Of a stretch of 64,000 nt of DNA, positions 22,744 through 34,721 are shown in pieces. The stretch's first letter is position 1; the number at the start of each line of letters is the position of its first letter. A model generated the notes under the pieces. That model was not told the DNA's origin and did not search any database. It was given only the letters and a program-made list of their open reading frames with translations. The stretch comes from a virus (Duplodnaviria > Caudoviricetes): the IMG/VR virus record IMGVR_UViG_3300026522_000022, positions 66,611 to 130,610 of that record; one strand, written 5' to 3'. The position numbers and the translations under genes are program-made.

Positions 22744-24898
22744 ATTTCTTACCCTTTCCCGCACGGCCTTGTACTTTAATACCTTTTATAGTCTTATTAT
22801 ACTTTTTAAATTCAATTGTGTCAACGGCAGGATGACAAACCAAAGCTTCAATAACATAGTCACCATCTTCAAGCGAAATTCCCTTTACGCCGCGTGCAGT
22901 TTTTCCAACCGGATTAACTTTATCAAGTTCAAATTGAATAATATAACCATTATTAGAAACAATAACTGCATAATCTCCGTTGCACTCATACCAAGAAATA
23001 TATTCATCTCCATCGACAAGACCAGCAGCCTTCATTCCCTTTTTGTTTTGGGTTCCGCCAAGATAAATTGTCTTATCTGATTTTTTAACCAAACCGTTCT
23101 TTGTAAACCCAACAATATAAGGATGTTTTTCATCAATATTCATTGAGAAAATATTCAAAATTTTCTCGTTTGCTTCAAGATTGAGGATTGAACCGACAGC
23201 CGTTCCCTTATCTTTCATTCCACATTCGGCAATATTATCTACACCGATGCGGAATACCTTTCCAAGAGAAGAGAATAGAACAATCATATCTGTAGTTTGA
23301 GTTTTAAAACTGTTAACAATATTATCATTCTTAACTGAGCGGTAAGCCTTCACAGGAATACGTTGGAGATAACCGAGTTTATTGTAAATTACAATTACAT
23401 CTTGCGGGATGATCTGCGTAATCGGCTTCTTTGCAGTCGGCTTGATAATCTTCTTCTGTGTTACATCTGTGCGGCGGTCATCGCCAAATTCCGCACACAA
23501 CTTTTCTAATCTTTCAATTAGAACTTCTTTTTGTCTTTTAGCAAATGTGGCAATATCTTTGCAGTATGCCGCATATTCTTCTTTCTTTTCTTTCTCTTGG
23601 ACTAGCTTCTCTTCTTCGAGTTTTGAAAGACGTCCGAGTTTCATATCAAGAATTGCTTTAACTTGACGCTCGCTAAGTTCTGGATACGCAGCGCTTAGGT
23701 TCTTATGAGTTGATTCACCGCGAATAACTCGAATAATACTATCAATTCTTTGAACTGCAAAAATTAAACCTTCAAGAATATGAAGTCTGTCAATTGTTTT
23801 TTGATATTCAAATTCAAATTCTCGTTTTATGCAATAAAGATTGTGTCCCATATAAGCATTTGCAACTTGATTTAAATTAAGTAAATGGGGAGTTTTACCA
23901 ATTAGGGCAACTTGGTTAGCATTATATGTTTGACGAAGATCTGTCTCTGCAAAAATCTGATTAAGTGTAATATCAATATTTGCATCAGCCGCAAGCTCTA
24001 CGACAATACGAACTTGCTTTGAACTTTCATCGCGCACATCTTCAACACCAGTAATTTTTTCTTTAATAATTCCTTCGCAAAGCTGAGGAATGATGCCCTT
24101 AGACTTTCCTTGGTCGCTATATTCAATCTTTGTGCTATATGGAATTTCATAGAATACAAGAAGTTTCTTACCATTACGAGTTTCTTCTCTATATTTAGCT
24201 TCAAGAATAACCTTCCCTCTACCGGTACGATAAATAGAAGCAACCTCGTCTTGGTTTACAATAGTTCCGCCAGTAGGAAAATCAGGAAAAAGATTTGTAT
24301 AATCAATCTCTTCTCCTTTGATATAAGGAATTAAGACCATATTAACAATATCTTTTAGATTATGCGGGAGCCAGTTACATGCAAGTGCCACACCAATGCC
24401 GCTAGTTTGGTTACACAAAAGATTTGGAAACAGTGCCGGAAGAAGAACTGGTTCTTCAATATCTTCTGAATAGTTTGGCCGCATATCAACAACATTTTTA
24501 TTGATTGCATTTAGAAAACCGGTTTCAGCCAGTTCATTAAGACGGCATTCTGTATAACGCATAGCAGCTGCGCCGTCTCCACCAATGTTACCCTTATTAC
24601 CATGCCAGTCAATAATAGGATAACGCATATTCCATTCTTGCGCAAGTCGTGTCATCGCATCATATATGGATGTATCTCCATGTGGATGATACTTACCCAT
24701 TACATCACCGACAATACGTGCGCATTTTACATATGATTTATCGTGAAAAAACTTTTCTTGATTCATTGACCATAAGATGCGGCGAGCAACTGGTTTTAAA
24801 CCATCTGCCGCATCCGGAATTGCTCTGTCGGTGTTTACAGCATAGGCGTAATCAATAAAGTTTTGCCCAAGCTCTGCACAAACATCATGATTAGACAT
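22736..24898 (-). CDS. gyrA: Type IIA topoisomerase (gyrase/topo IV) subunit A
   Basis: DGLKPVARR, YHPHGD, AAMRYTE, PDFPTGG, C-terminal beta-pinwheel repeats. Confidence 0.9.
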   Translation of the reverse strand: MSNHDVCAELGQNFIDYAYAVNTDRAIPDAADGLKPVARRILWSMNQEKFFHDKSYVKCARIVGDVMGKYHPHGDTSIYDAMTRLAQEWNMRYPIIDWHGNKGNIGGDGAAAMRYTECRLNELAETGFLNAINKNVVDMRPNYSEDIEEPVLLPALFPNLLCNQTSGIGVALACNWLPHNLKDIVNMVLIPYIKGEEIDYTNLFPDFPTGGTIVNQDEVASIYRTGRGKVILEAKYREETRNGKKLLVFYEIPYSTKIEYSDQGKSKGIIPQLCEGIIKEKITGVEDVRDESSKQVRIVVELAADANIDITLNQIFAETDLRQTYNANQVALIGKTPHLLNLNQVANAYMGHNLYCIKREFEFEYQKTIDRLHILEGLIFAVQRIDSIIRVIRGESTHKNLSAAYPELSERQVKAILDMKLGRLSKLEEEKLVQEKEKKEEYAAYCKDIATFAKRQKEVLIERLEKLCAEFGDDRRTDVTQKKIIKPTAKKPITQIIPQDVIVIYNKLGYLQRIPVKAYRSVKNDNIVNSFKTQTTDMIVLFSSLGKVFRIGVDNIAECGMKDKGTAVGSILNLEANEKILNIFSMNIDEKHPYIVGFTKNGLVKKSDKTIYLGGTQNKKGMKAAGLVDGDEYISWYECNGDYAVIVSNNGYIIQFELDKVNPVGKTARGVKGISLEDGDYVIEALVCHPAVDTIEFKKYNKTIKGIKVQGRAGKGKKYV

Positions 24899-27820
24899 AA
24901 ATTTCCGCCCTTTCGCTGTTATCTCTAATGTAAATCTTGCGCTTTTCTGCATCTTTGCCCATCAATTGTTCAAAGAGCATATCAGCTTTGCCAAAATCTT
25001 CAATCGTAATTTGTTTAATAATTCTGGTTTCAGGATTTACTAGCGCCTCTTCGATTTCGTCAGAAGACATTTCTCCTACGTATGATTCCTTTATTTCTAA
25101 AGGTACTGACTATTTCTTCTATCGTATGATAGCTCACCGTTTCCACCTATGTACCAATAATAGGTGTACTCCCCAACAACGGGGATAGTCGATACAGGTT
25201 TTATTCTACGACGATATGTTTTCAATTATATCCATTCCAGATATTTTTAAAAGAACCTTTTGTAATACCCGTATATTTATAATCTTCATATACATCTTTT
25301 TGTTTTTCGCCATTCTTTTTTCTTAAACGAATGGCTAATACATCTTCTTCAGTAAGTTTTGAACGACCGTTTTGTGAACCTTTTTGTCCAGTGTTATGTT
25401 TATGAAATTCTATATTTTCTGGAGTGTAAACATCCATCATAACACCTTTTCAAGTTTCTCCTTTTCAAATTTTAGAAAAACCTGAATGACCAATTTTATC
25501 TTTATAAAGTTGCTCAACTTCTTTACAACGTTCTTTATTTTTATATCGTGTTCTTATATCTATAACATCTTGTTCAGTCATTTTATGCCGTGGATGATTT
25601 TCTCCATTGTTTCCCTCTCCGCCGCATCTAATATTATAACCATTATCATGAACTAAAGAATGATAATAATTAATTCAATATTGTTCTTTTTTATCTAAGT
25701 CATTCAAAGAACATTCTTCAATCACAGAAAATATAAAATTTTCTATTCCGTATTTCTTAAATGCTTTGTACAGAGGAGAATCGGCGTGTCGTTCTTGCTC
25801 ATATGGAGATTTATGTTGCGTCCATCTTCTTTCAATAAAATTAGATTGACCAATATAAATTTTACCATTTATTTTATTTTCTATTTTATAAATACCAATC
25901 ATATTATCTCCTTTCAATAATGATTAGAGATAATATCGTAGTAGAATAACTTCCCACGAGATTATCTTCTACTATATATAATTTTTAACATTTCACGGTT
26001 ATCCTGAAATACCCAAAATTATTTTATAGCGGTCAGACTCCCTCGTTAGCCGCAAATGCGACCCCGCTGGTAAACGGAAAAATGAGTAAGGGCCAGACTA
26101 TCTCTTACCCTTTTAAACGACTAACTTGATATTTGCTAATATCATTCTCTTGCTTAAATTCGGCAAGAGCATCGTCATCTTTAATATAGATAATCTCTTT
26201 ATTATTTTTCAATCTGAAAAGTGGTGGAACGCCCGCATATACAAAACCATCTTGAATCAGTTCTGGGGCAAAATTCCATATAAACGTATAAAAAAGATTT
26301 TTAATATGAGCTCCGTCTACGTCAGCATCGCTCATAATAATAATTTTTCCATAACGCACATCAGCCTTATTGTAGACAAGACGCTTGCCATCTGCACTAA
26401 CTTTCAGTCCAAAAGCATTAATCATATCTACAATCTCTGCATTTTTCATAATCTTATCCAGAGTTGCCTTTTGAGTGTTAAGAATCTTACCACGAACAGG
26501 AAGAACCGCTTGATATTCGTTATTACGAACTTGCTTTAGATTACCACCTGCAGAATCGCCCTCTGTGATATAAATCTCACATTTACTTCTGTCCTGACTA
26601 TAACAATCAGCAAGTTTAGAAGGAAGATTTAAAGACTTCTTCTTTGGCTCAGTCTTTACTTTTGCCTTAACAGCAGCCCTTGCTTTCTTCGCAGCTTCTG
26701 CCGCACGTCTAGCTAGAAGAGCTTTCTCAATAATATTTCTTCCATCTGTTGGATTGTTGTCTAGCCAAACTTCAAGTTGTTGTCCAAGAGTAGAAGAAAT
26801 AAATGAAGTATCAATCTTAGTTACGGTTGTTTTAACCTGGGCATTATAACCAACATTTTCAGCAGTGATATTGCAGACAAGAATCAAACCTTCTTGTAGA
26901 GAACTACCATCAAGATTCTTTTCTTTTTCTGTAAGAATACCCTGCTCTTTAGCCCACTTATTCATAATACGGGTGATGGTAGATTTAATACTTGTGATGT
27001 GCGGACCTTGCGTAGTATTGCCGCAATTAACATAAGTAATAATATTGCTGCTGTTCCGAGAAGTGTAAGTTAAAGCCAAATCAAGTTTTTGTTTTTTCTC
27101 TTTCTCTTGGATAATAAGTGGTGTATTAATAATTTCAATATCAGTTCCAATATTCTTTTTTAGAAAATCGGAAATACCATTTTCATGTCGAATTTGTTCA
27201 TTGTTAAATACAATTGTCAAATTAGGACAAAGGCATGTAATATCATCACAAAATTCTTTAAGCTTTTTAATATTAACATGCGGGTCATCAAAGAATTCTG
27301 CACTTGGCTTAAAGGTTACTGTTGTACCTGACCAGTTAAAACCGTCTCCAACTTCGCGCTTATCAAACACACCTTCTTTAAACCAAATATGCTCATACTC
27401 ACCAGTCTCTTTGTGAGAAATAACTTCCAACCAATTAGAAAGAAAGTTGGTAAGTTTGCTACCTTGGCCGTGTAGCCCCAACGCGCTACCTTCATACACT
27501 CCATCTGAAGAGAATTTACCAGATGTATTCATAACATCAAACGAAGCTTGGAGGATAGTTTCATTATCTTCACGAAGAACATTGATAGGAAATCCTTGTC
27601 CTTCATCTTCAATTTGAACAACACCATTATCAGCAATATTAATAATAATTTTATTTCCGTGTCCAATATTGTGCTCGTCAATAGCATTAGCTAGAATTTC
27701 TAGTGCCAACTGAGTAGGGTCTTGAGTATCTCCAATATACATACCAGGGCGTAAGCGAACATGCTCTCTAGGGGCCAAAGACTCAATACTATCATCAGTA
27801 TATAAAGTTTTATCCATCAA
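24891..27820 (-). CDS. gyrB: Type IIA topoisomerase subunit B; exons 27820-26107 and 25078-24891
   Basis: HVRLRPGMYIG, EGDSAGG, PVRGKILN, DADVDG, RLKG/LGEM after splicing. Confidence 0.92.
25079..26106 (-). mobile_element. Group I intron in gyrB
   Basis: P1 AAGGGU/GCCCUU, terminal G; the junction restores KGLGEM. Confidence 0.9.
25201..25902 (-). CDS. GIY-YIG homing endonuclease in the gyrB intron (four TGA=Trp)
   Basis: IGIYKIENKINGKIYIGQS; KEQY-W-I; I-W-KGET-W-K; GYN-W-KH. Confidence 0.85.
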
Positions 27821-28601
27821 AGACCCCTTTCTTTTTTAAATAGTTAAAATTAATTAAAGCTAAGTCAGTATAAGGAATTCTTATTAAATTAATATTATTA
27901 TCAACGCAATATTGATTTTTTATTTTATCTCTATATTGTACCGCTTTCAAAAAATCCTCCGTATAATATCCTCCGTTTGATTTAAAATGTTGTATACCAT
28001 CATATTCTATACAACAATTATATTTAGGCAAATAAAAATCAAATCTTAATATACCAGACGTTTTTTTATTTTTACATCTTCCGTTATCTGTTCATTCTTC
28101 AATAAAATCTATATTATTCTGCTGTAAAATATTTCGTAATAATAATTGTCCTTTAGATTTTTCTGAACATTTTGGACAACAAATTCTTTTTCTGGTGCCA
28201 TCTCCATATTTATCTCTATTTCATTCTCCAATTTGTAAATTAAATATATTCCCACAATCGCATCTAATTTGTCAGAGATTACCTCCATTAGAGCGACTTT
28301 CTATTTTTTTAACAGCAGTTAAAGAACCTTTTCGTTCGCCTGTTATATCTAAAGCATTTGCTTTATTTTTTGCAATAACTTTTTCTTTTTGCAAACATCC
28401 GCAACTTTTAGTGTTACCTGTTTTTAATTTGTGCATAGAAGTATAAATAATAGTATGATTATTACAAGAACATTGACATTTTCATAATCACCGATTATCG
28501 CTATCCTTTTTACCAGTAAATTCAAGAACTGTTAATCTATTAAAAACTTGTCCTGTAATATCTTCTATATTTCTTCCTGATGGGGCTTTAATATATTTCA
28601 T
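27810..28601 (-). CDS. Free-standing endonuclease: Zn-ribbon repeats plus Vsr/DUF559-like C-terminus (about five TGA=Trp)
   Basis: W-L-W-KCQC, SCGC, W.IRCDCG; IEYDGIQHF..RDKIKNQYC..LIRIPY. Confidence 0.75.
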
Positions 28602-28798
28602 TATTCCTCCATACCATTTAATCCGGTTTCTATGGTATTTTACTTTTATATAATAAAAATTATTTCTTTTTGCCCCAAATCAATTTATTTTTACTTTATA
28701 TAAGTATTATATCATTTTTAACTTATTCTGTCAATATAAACAAAAAATCTTACCGTGAGGTAAGATTTTTATAAATATTGCCGATAGGCAATATTTTA

Positions 28799-29266
28799 TT
28801 ATTCTTTTATATCATTTCGCAATTTTCTGCGCTGGTTGATAATATGTTCGCAATAACCACTATAGCTATCTCGAAGAGTTTCATACTGCTTTTTCGCTCT
28901 ATAATAATTTGTCCAAGCGAGCATTTCTTGACGATATAGCTTATCCATAATAGGATTGTTTGCTAAATCAGGATTACCAATTACAACCACTTTTAATGCA
29001 TGGGTAACTCCTTTGGCTCGTTCTTTCATTACCTTAGCTTTTGCTTTATAGGCTTGAATATCGCATTTCATCTCTGCAAAACGGAAGCCATCCCATTGAT
29101 TTGCAATATCTTCATCCTCTAAAGCTGCGGTTGCTTCTTCAAAAAATACTCCGTATTTTGTTTCCTTATAAACATAAGCTGTAGCTAAAGAATGTACAGT
29201 TTTACCGTCAGCAGAAATAACATCTTCTGGTTCATTATACCAAGCACCGAGGATTTTTCCCTTCAT
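28799..29266 (-). CDS. Hypothetical protein
   Basis: 155-aa ORF within the operon. Confidence 0.65.
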   Translation of the reverse strand: MKGKILGAWYNEPEDVISADGKTVHSLATAYVYKETKYGVFFEEATAALEDEDIANQWDGFRFAEMKCDIQAYKAKAKVMKERAKGVTHALKVVVIGNPDLANNPIMDKLYRQEMLAWTNYYRAKKQYETLRDSYSGYCEHIINQRRKLRNDIKE

Positions 29267-29268
29267 GG

Positions 29269-29487
29269 TTAATTACATTCCTTTCCATCTACAAAAACAT
29301 TATAAGTTTTAGAACCTTTAGTTAGAAGAAAAGGCTCTGTTTCATCGAAGAAATTACCATATTTTTTTTGTTTATTAATTGCTTTCTGTACAGCTTCTTG
29401 TAGAGTATGTCCAGAAAAATGACCTAATACTTTATTACCCTGTTCAACCCTATATTTAATACTAGGCATAGTTCTCCTTACATCCAA
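29269..29487 (-). CDS. Hypothetical protein
   Basis: Tightly packed ORF. Confidence 0.55.
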   Translation of the reverse strand: MDVRRTMPSIKYRVEQGNKVLGHFSGHTLQEAVQKAINKQKKYGNFFDETEPFLLTKGSKTYNVFVDGKECN

Positions 29488-29732
29488 TCATCTTCATATT
29501 CTTCATACTCTTTATCTTCTTCTTCAGCGAAAAATTGTTCTGTTAGATATTTTTCTTGCTTCTCAATCTCTTCTCTATTTTTATTTTTTTGTTTACGTTG
29601 CTGTTTGATTTGAGATTTTGGTTTTACCTTTTTCTCAAGTTTATGGTTTTTCTTTCTTATCTTTTGAAATTGCTCTTCATTATCATAATCGTAATAATCA
29701 TCCTCATAATCATAAGGATTTGTATAACGCAT
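29478..29732 (-). CDS. Small highly charged hypothetical protein
   Basis: GGAGG SD; acidic and basic blocks. Confidence 0.55.
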   Translation of the reverse strand: MRYTNPYDYEDDYYDYDNEEQFQKIRKKNHKLEKKVKPKSQIKQQRKQKNKNREEIEKQEKYLTEQFFAEEEDKEYEEYEDDWM

Positions 29733-29742
29733 TATTCCTCCA

Positions 29743-29937
29743 TTACATTGTTTTATCGAAAAGATAATACTGACCACATTTTTCACAAAACATAATATTA
29801 CTGTTTTCTACTTTGGTCATAATAGTATTGCATCGTCTACAATTAAATTGCTTGCCTCTACGTTTCCGCTTTGGTTTTGGTTCTTCTGCTAATCCAGCCT
29901 TCACTAGGGCTCGCTGTAAAGCATTCATATTTGACAT
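29743..29937 (-). CDS. Small Zn-ribbon protein
   Basis: CRRC..CEKC; AGGAG SD. Confidence 0.6.
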   Translation of the reverse strand: MSNMNALQRALVKAGLAEEPKPKRKRRGKQFNCRRCNTIMTKVENSNIMFCEKCGQYYLFDKTM

Positions 29938-30006
29938 TAAATTCTCCTTTTTGAATTTTTTCTAACAAATTCATTATAATATTTCTTCGTTAATTTGTCA
30001 AATTTT

Positions 30007-30369
30007 TTAATCTGTGCTTTCTATTTTATGAATAAAAATTTGTTTATTTAATTGTTTAGCAAAATTAAAAGTATATGCAGTGCCCGCACTTTTTCCGTCT
30101 CAAAATACAATTACAACATCGCAAAATAGAACCATATCTTTATCTCGTTCAAGTGGAGCTTTATTACCCCAAATTTCGTAGTTAGGTTTAAATTCTATAT
30201 ATTCAATTTTATGTTTAAAAGCCCAATTTCTAGCTAAACTATCAATTCCAATAGCGCCACCAGAAATAATTTCACCGCAATGTTCTGGAGTAATAAACAT
30301 ATCTAAATTAACATAGTCAATTGTGCGGCTGCCGCATATACATACGATTGGCTTTTGACTTTTAGGCAT
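30007..30369 (-). CDS. SLOG/DUF2493 (YspA-like) protein (TGA=Trp)
   Basis: ICGSR, ISGGAIGID, F-W(TGA)-DGKSAGT. Confidence 0.8.
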
Positions 30370-30812
30370 TAAAAGAGCCTTTCATATACAAAACTATCCT
30401 CACCAGTATAGTACAAATGACCAATGCCCGCATCCTTTAGCGCATTCATACAAGCCTTGCAAGGACGAGCCATACCATGACCAAGCGGCTTGCCTTTGCA
30501 AATCCTATAGATATAAACAGATACATCTTTCCAATGAATCTGTTGAGCTATTGGATATGGAATTGAATTGAGCGCAGCAATTTCTGCATGGAGAGAATCA
30601 ACAATCGGCTTATCTCCATACTTAAATTTTCTATACTTTCGATTATATCTTTTTTGCATAGGATGAGTCTTTGTGCTATTGGATGCGGAGGCAATGATCT
30701 TGTGTTTGTATACAATAACGCACCCCAGATGAAAAGAGTCAAAATCTGAGGTACCTGCCGCACGCCTTGCCGCATTAAACATTTTGTAATCAAACTTAGT
30801 AATTTGAGCCAT
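30369..30812 (-). CDS. Cytidine/deoxycytidylate deaminase-fold protein
   Basis: HAE and PCKAC Zn ligands. Confidence 0.8.
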   Translation of the reverse strand: MAQITKFDYKMFNAARRAAGTSDFDSFHLGCVIVYKHKIIASASNSTKTHPMQKRYNRKYRKFKYGDKPIVDSLHAEIAALNSIPYPIAQQIHWKDVSVYIYRICKGKPLGHGMARPCKACMNALKDAGIGHLYYTGEDSFVYERLF

Positions 30813-31092
30813 AAAAATATCTCCCTTCTCTATAATATATTATATCATAGAAAAAGAAGATATGTCAACTACTTATTATATTCTTTGCAAAGAAAATCAT
30901 AAAGGTTCTCTGGTGTAAAATGTCTATTTCATTTCCTTTTTCATCTACAATAAAATATTCTTTTGTAATTATATTTCTTCTTTCTTTTAAATTATTTTAA
31001 ATTAAAAAAAATAGTTCTGTCAAATAGAAAGAAATTGACTGAATAAAAAGAAAATGATATAATTTTTATAGAATCCAAAAGAAAGGAAAAAT

Positions 31093-31437
31093 ATGATTAA
31101 TGTAATTGAAACTCCAATAGATTATAAATATGAAATTAAAGATTGTAGAGACTTAAATAGAATGGAAATGATTGGTTTTATTTCTTGTGATATTATGGGA
31201 AAATCTCATAATGAATCTACTATGAATCATTTTCGCAATCTATTTAGAGGAATTACAGAAGGTCCTTGGACTATTTCTTGTAATCCAGATAATTCTATAA
31301 GATATCTTACAGAAGATTATGCTATAAAATTTACTCCCCTTGATTCTGATGGTATGGTTATTGATTATTATTATGGTGAACTTAATTTTTATACTTCTAT
31401 TTGGAATATTGATGAAGTAGAGGATGCTTTGATATAA
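31093..31437 (+). CDS. Hypothetical protein
   Basis: TTGACT-17-TATAAT-like promoter and an SD upstream. Confidence 0.6.
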   Translation: MINVIETPIDYKYEIKDCRDLNRMEMIGFISCDIMGKSHNESTMNHFRNLFRGITEGPWTISCNPDNSIRYLTEDYAIKFTPLDSDGMVIDYYYGELNFYTSIWNIDEVEDALI

Positions 31438-32276
31438 TGTTGTATTTTCATGGAGATATACACGGAAATGCCATAGCTAATTTTAGTTATCGCCGTAACC
31501 CAGAAATGCGGGAGCTTACCGAGAATGATTATCTTATTGTTCTTGGTGATTGCGGCATACCTTGGAATTATCTTACCGAAAAAAGAGATTTGCATGAGTT
31601 GCATTGGCTTAACGAAAGACCTTATAAAACAATTTTTATTACTGGTAATCACGATAATTATGATTTGATTGAGCAAATGCCGCAAATAAATTTTTGCAAT
31701 GGTATTGCTCGACGAGCTGTTTTTAAAGATAAAACTTTTGAAAATATTGTTTATATAGATAAACCAACAGTTCTTGATATTCAAGAACAACATATTTTGA
31801 TTATTCCTGGCGCAGATAGCCATGATATACAAAATGGTATTATTGATGGATATGACAAAAATTGGCGAAAACTTGCCAAAGCTAAACAAAAAAATGGTGA
31901 ATATTATTTTCGTATAAAACATCTTACTTGGTGGCCGCAAGAAAAACTTCAAATTGATGAAATAGAAAAAATATTGAAAACTGATAATAGTTTTGATTTT
32001 ATTTTGTCACATGAGTGCCCTTCTAGTCAACTTAGATATTTTTCAAGAAGATTTAATCCAACAGACGGAGAAATTTATCTTGAGCAAGTAAAAGAAAAAG
32101 TTGATTATAAAATTTGGTTACATGGTCACATGCATCAGTTTGCTAATAATTATTATGATAATATTATTTGTTTATATAATGACTTATTGTCTCTTGCAGA
32201 AGTAATGCAAATAAGAAAGACAAATAAGCAAGAATTAGAAGCGTTTGAAGAAAGGATGGCCGCATGGCAAAATTAG
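31437..32276 (+). CDS. Calcineurin-like metallophosphoesterase
   Basis: GDIHG, GD, GNHD, SHECP, HGHMH. Confidence 0.88.
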   Translation: MLYFHGDIHGNAIANFSYRRNPEMRELTENDYLIVLGDCGIPWNYLTEKRDLHELHWLNERPYKTIFITGNHDNYDLIEQMPQINFCNGIARRAVFKDKTFENIVYIDKPTVLDIQEQHILIIPGADSHDIQNGIIDGYDKNWRKLAKAKQKNGEYYFRIKHLTWWPQEKLQIDEIEKILKTDNSFDFILSHECPSSQLRYFSRRFNPTDGEIYLEQVKEKVDYKIWLHGHMHQFANNYYDNIICLYNDLLSLAEVMQIRKTNKQELEAFEERMAAWQN

Positions 32277-32782
32277 TAATGCTTATGGCTCCACCTTGTG
32301 TTGGTAAAACCGTAATTGCTAATCATATTAAAAAAACTCATAAAAATTGTAAAATTATTAGTAAAACAGATATATTAAAACTGTATCCACAATATAACAT
32401 TCTTTCTTCTGAGCTTAATCGTATATATTGCAACCAAATTAATGATGCTCTTAAACTATATGATATTGTAATTGCAGATGATACTCAAACAACTATTGAA
32501 TCAAGAAATAGAGTTTTTGCAAACTTAAATTTAAAACATGTAAAGGTTATTGGAGTATGGATTGAAAGTGCGCTAAAGAGCGCTCTATCTTATAATGAAA
32601 CTCGTCCACCTGAAGAATATCTTGATCCATATATTATTAAAGAAATTTTTAGATATTCTGTATCGCCCGCAGAAAAGGAACCTTTTGATGATGTAATTTA
32701 TTTTAATAGAGACACATGTTTAGGAATTGGAAAAACGAATCCTAAAATTGATGATGCTTTTAGTCTGCTTACTGCAATCTAA
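32264..32782 (+). CDS. Polynucleotide kinase-like P-loop protein (AAA_33)
   Basis: APPCVGKT, DDTQTT..SR, EPFD. Confidence 0.7.
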   Translation: MAKLVMLMAPPCVGKTVIANHIKKTHKNCKIISKTDILKLYPQYNILSSELNRIYCNQINDALKLYDIVIADDTQTTIESRNRVFANLNLKHVKVIGVWIESALKSALSYNETRPPEEYLDPYIIKEIFRYSVSPAEKEPFDDVIYFNRDTCLGIGKTNPKIDDAFSLLTAI

Positions 32783-32853
32783 AATAAATTTTTATAGACA
32801 GAACTTCTTTTCTTTGATATAATATAAATACAGAAAAAGAAAGGAAAGCTAAT

Positions 32854-33183
32854 ATGTTTAACTGTCTCTATTATGCAAATGAATTTGTATTTACTTTGCC
32901 TGAAGAAAAGCAGAAAAAGATTCTTGATTTGTTGACCTATTGGCATAATGCTGCTAGAGATTATCGGCGTCGAAGTTATCGTGCTGAGAATGACGATGCT
33001 CGATATTATTGTGATAGATATTATCAAATGTATATGACAAAGATTAAGAATTGTAAAGAGATTCTTGAAACTCTAGAAATTTATCCTGTTATTGGGTGGG
33101 TTGGTCATCATGATGAATATTTCTTTCCCACTGAAACAGATTGTGAAATGCAGGAGGATTGGATTATTCAGTGCATGGATTAA
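32854..33183 (+). CDS. Hypothetical protein
   Basis: Own promoter and SD. Confidence 0.6.
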   Translation: MFNCLYYANEFVFTLPEEKQKKILDLLTYWHNAARDYRRRSYRAENDDARYYCDRYYQMYMTKIKNCKEILETLEIYPVIGWVGHHDEYFFPTETDCEMQEDWIIQCMD

Positions 33184-33292
33184 AGGTGTAAAGTGGAAAT
33201 ATATGGCAACGTTAAAATTGCAGAATTTTTAGACTCAGATCATACTACAATTCAAACTTGAATTTATGGATGGAAGAGTTAGAGAGGGACGA

Positions 33293-34231
33293 ATGATGGC
33301 AAGCTATCGTAGCTACACACACGTAGAAAGATTAGAAAAACCTGAATGTGAAGGTTTGCTCCAAAATGATGAAGTTTATATCTCTGCTAAAATTGATGGT
33401 ACTAATGCTGCAGTATGGTATGATTCTGAAACAAAAGAGGTGTGCGGAGGTTCCCGCACTCGAAAACTAACTTTAGAAAAAGACAACGCTTCTTTCTATC
33501 TTTGGCTTAGGTCTGGACAGGAAGAAGCTGTTGCTCTTCGTAAATTTGTAACAGCTAATCCTGAATGCATTGTTTATGGAGAATGGTTAGGTTGTGTGAA
33601 ATTTGTTGGTAATATAAAAACATATAATCAAGATGCTCTTAGACATATGTATATATTTGATGTTTTTGATACTTTAGAAATGCATTATTTGCATGAAAAA
33701 GTTTGGAGAGAGAAGCTTTCTTATTATAATCTCGATAAATGGTTCGTTCCTATTCTTGCTTGTCTTAACCATCCTTCTTATGAAGATGTTGTAAAAATTG
33801 CAGAAAACAATAATTTTCTTCTTGATTTTGCAGAAAATAAAGGAGAAGGTGTTGTGTGTAAAGTACCAGGCTGGAAAAATAAATATGGTAATACTTGTTA
33901 CGGTAAAATTGTTTTAAATGAATACCGTGAGCATAAGAAAAACCCAAAGACACAAATAAAAAAAGAAGGCATTGAAGCAGATATTGTAGAATATTTTGTT
34001 ACAGATAGTGAATTGGCCAAAACAAAAGCTAAAGTTTGTACAATTTGTGAAACAGATACTTTTAATATAAAATCTGGCAAAATGATTGGAATGTATCTAA
34101 ATATAACATTTAATGATTTATTGCAAGAAATGAATGCTATATGCAAAAAATGGAAGAATCCTATTATTGATTTTTCAGTTTTAAAAAATGAAACATTTAA
34201 TAAAGCTAGACATTATATTGGATTAATATAA
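33293..34231 (+). CDS. RNA ligase (Rnl2-like)
   Basis: KIDGTN, YGEW, FDV, EGVV.K nucleotidyltransferase motifs. Confidence 0.8.
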   Translation: MMASYRSYTHVERLEKPECEGLLQNDEVYISAKIDGTNAAVWYDSETKEVCGGSRTRKLTLEKDNASFYLWLRSGQEEAVALRKFVTANPECIVYGEWLGCVKFVGNIKTYNQDALRHMYIFDVFDTLEMHYLHEKVWREKLSYYNLDKWFVPILACLNHPSYEDVVKIAENNNFLLDFAENKGEGVVCKVPGWKNKYGNTCYGKIVLNEYREHKKNPKTQIKKEGIEADIVEYFVTDSELAKTKAKVCTICETDTFNIKSGKMIGMYLNITFNDLLQEMNAICKKWKNPIIDFSVLKNETFNKARHYIGLI

Positions 34232-34462
34232 ATGAAAGAAGAACAAAAACATAAAGATTACTTCCCCGGTGCTAGTCATGCGGGGAAGCTCTTTAATATT
34301 AATGGTGTTATCTGGCTTATCCGCAAGCCAACAATCATTTCAAATGAGGAAGGGCAGCAAGAAATTGGTTGGGATGGAAATGATTTAAGTAAAAATGCTG
34401 AATATCATTTCTTTATCGAGTCAGAATTAAAAGAGAAAAATTTTGTAATTCAAGAATTTTAG
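34232..34462 (+). CDS. Hypothetical protein
   Basis: Abuts the ligase stop. Confidence 0.5.
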   Translation: MKEEQKHKDYFPGASHAGKLFNINGVIWLIRKPTIISNEEGQQEIGWDGNDLSKNAEYHFFIESELKEKNFVIQEF

Positions 34463-34493
34463 AATATTATAGTAATTTATTAGGAGAAAAGAT

Positions 34494-34721
34494 ATGGCCG
34501 AGTGGTTGATCTATGGTAAACGCACCAAACCTTGGAAAGATAAGAATAATCGCACTCACGAACCAGATAAAACTTTTCGTGCACTTGATGCCCAAGGTGT
34601 TCGTGTAAATAAACTCAACGAAGCATTTTCATATGCAACAAAAGAAGATGCCCAAGAAAGAATTGATAAAGCAAAACCGCCCATTGAAGGGGTTATATTT
34701 GAGATTAGAAAAGCAAAGTAG
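34494..34721 (+). CDS. Hypothetical protein
   Basis: AGGAG SD. Confidence 0.6.
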   Translation: MAEWLIYGKRTKPWKDKNNRTHEPDKTFRALDAQGVRVNKLNEAFSYATKEDAQERIDKAKPPIEGVIFEIRKAK

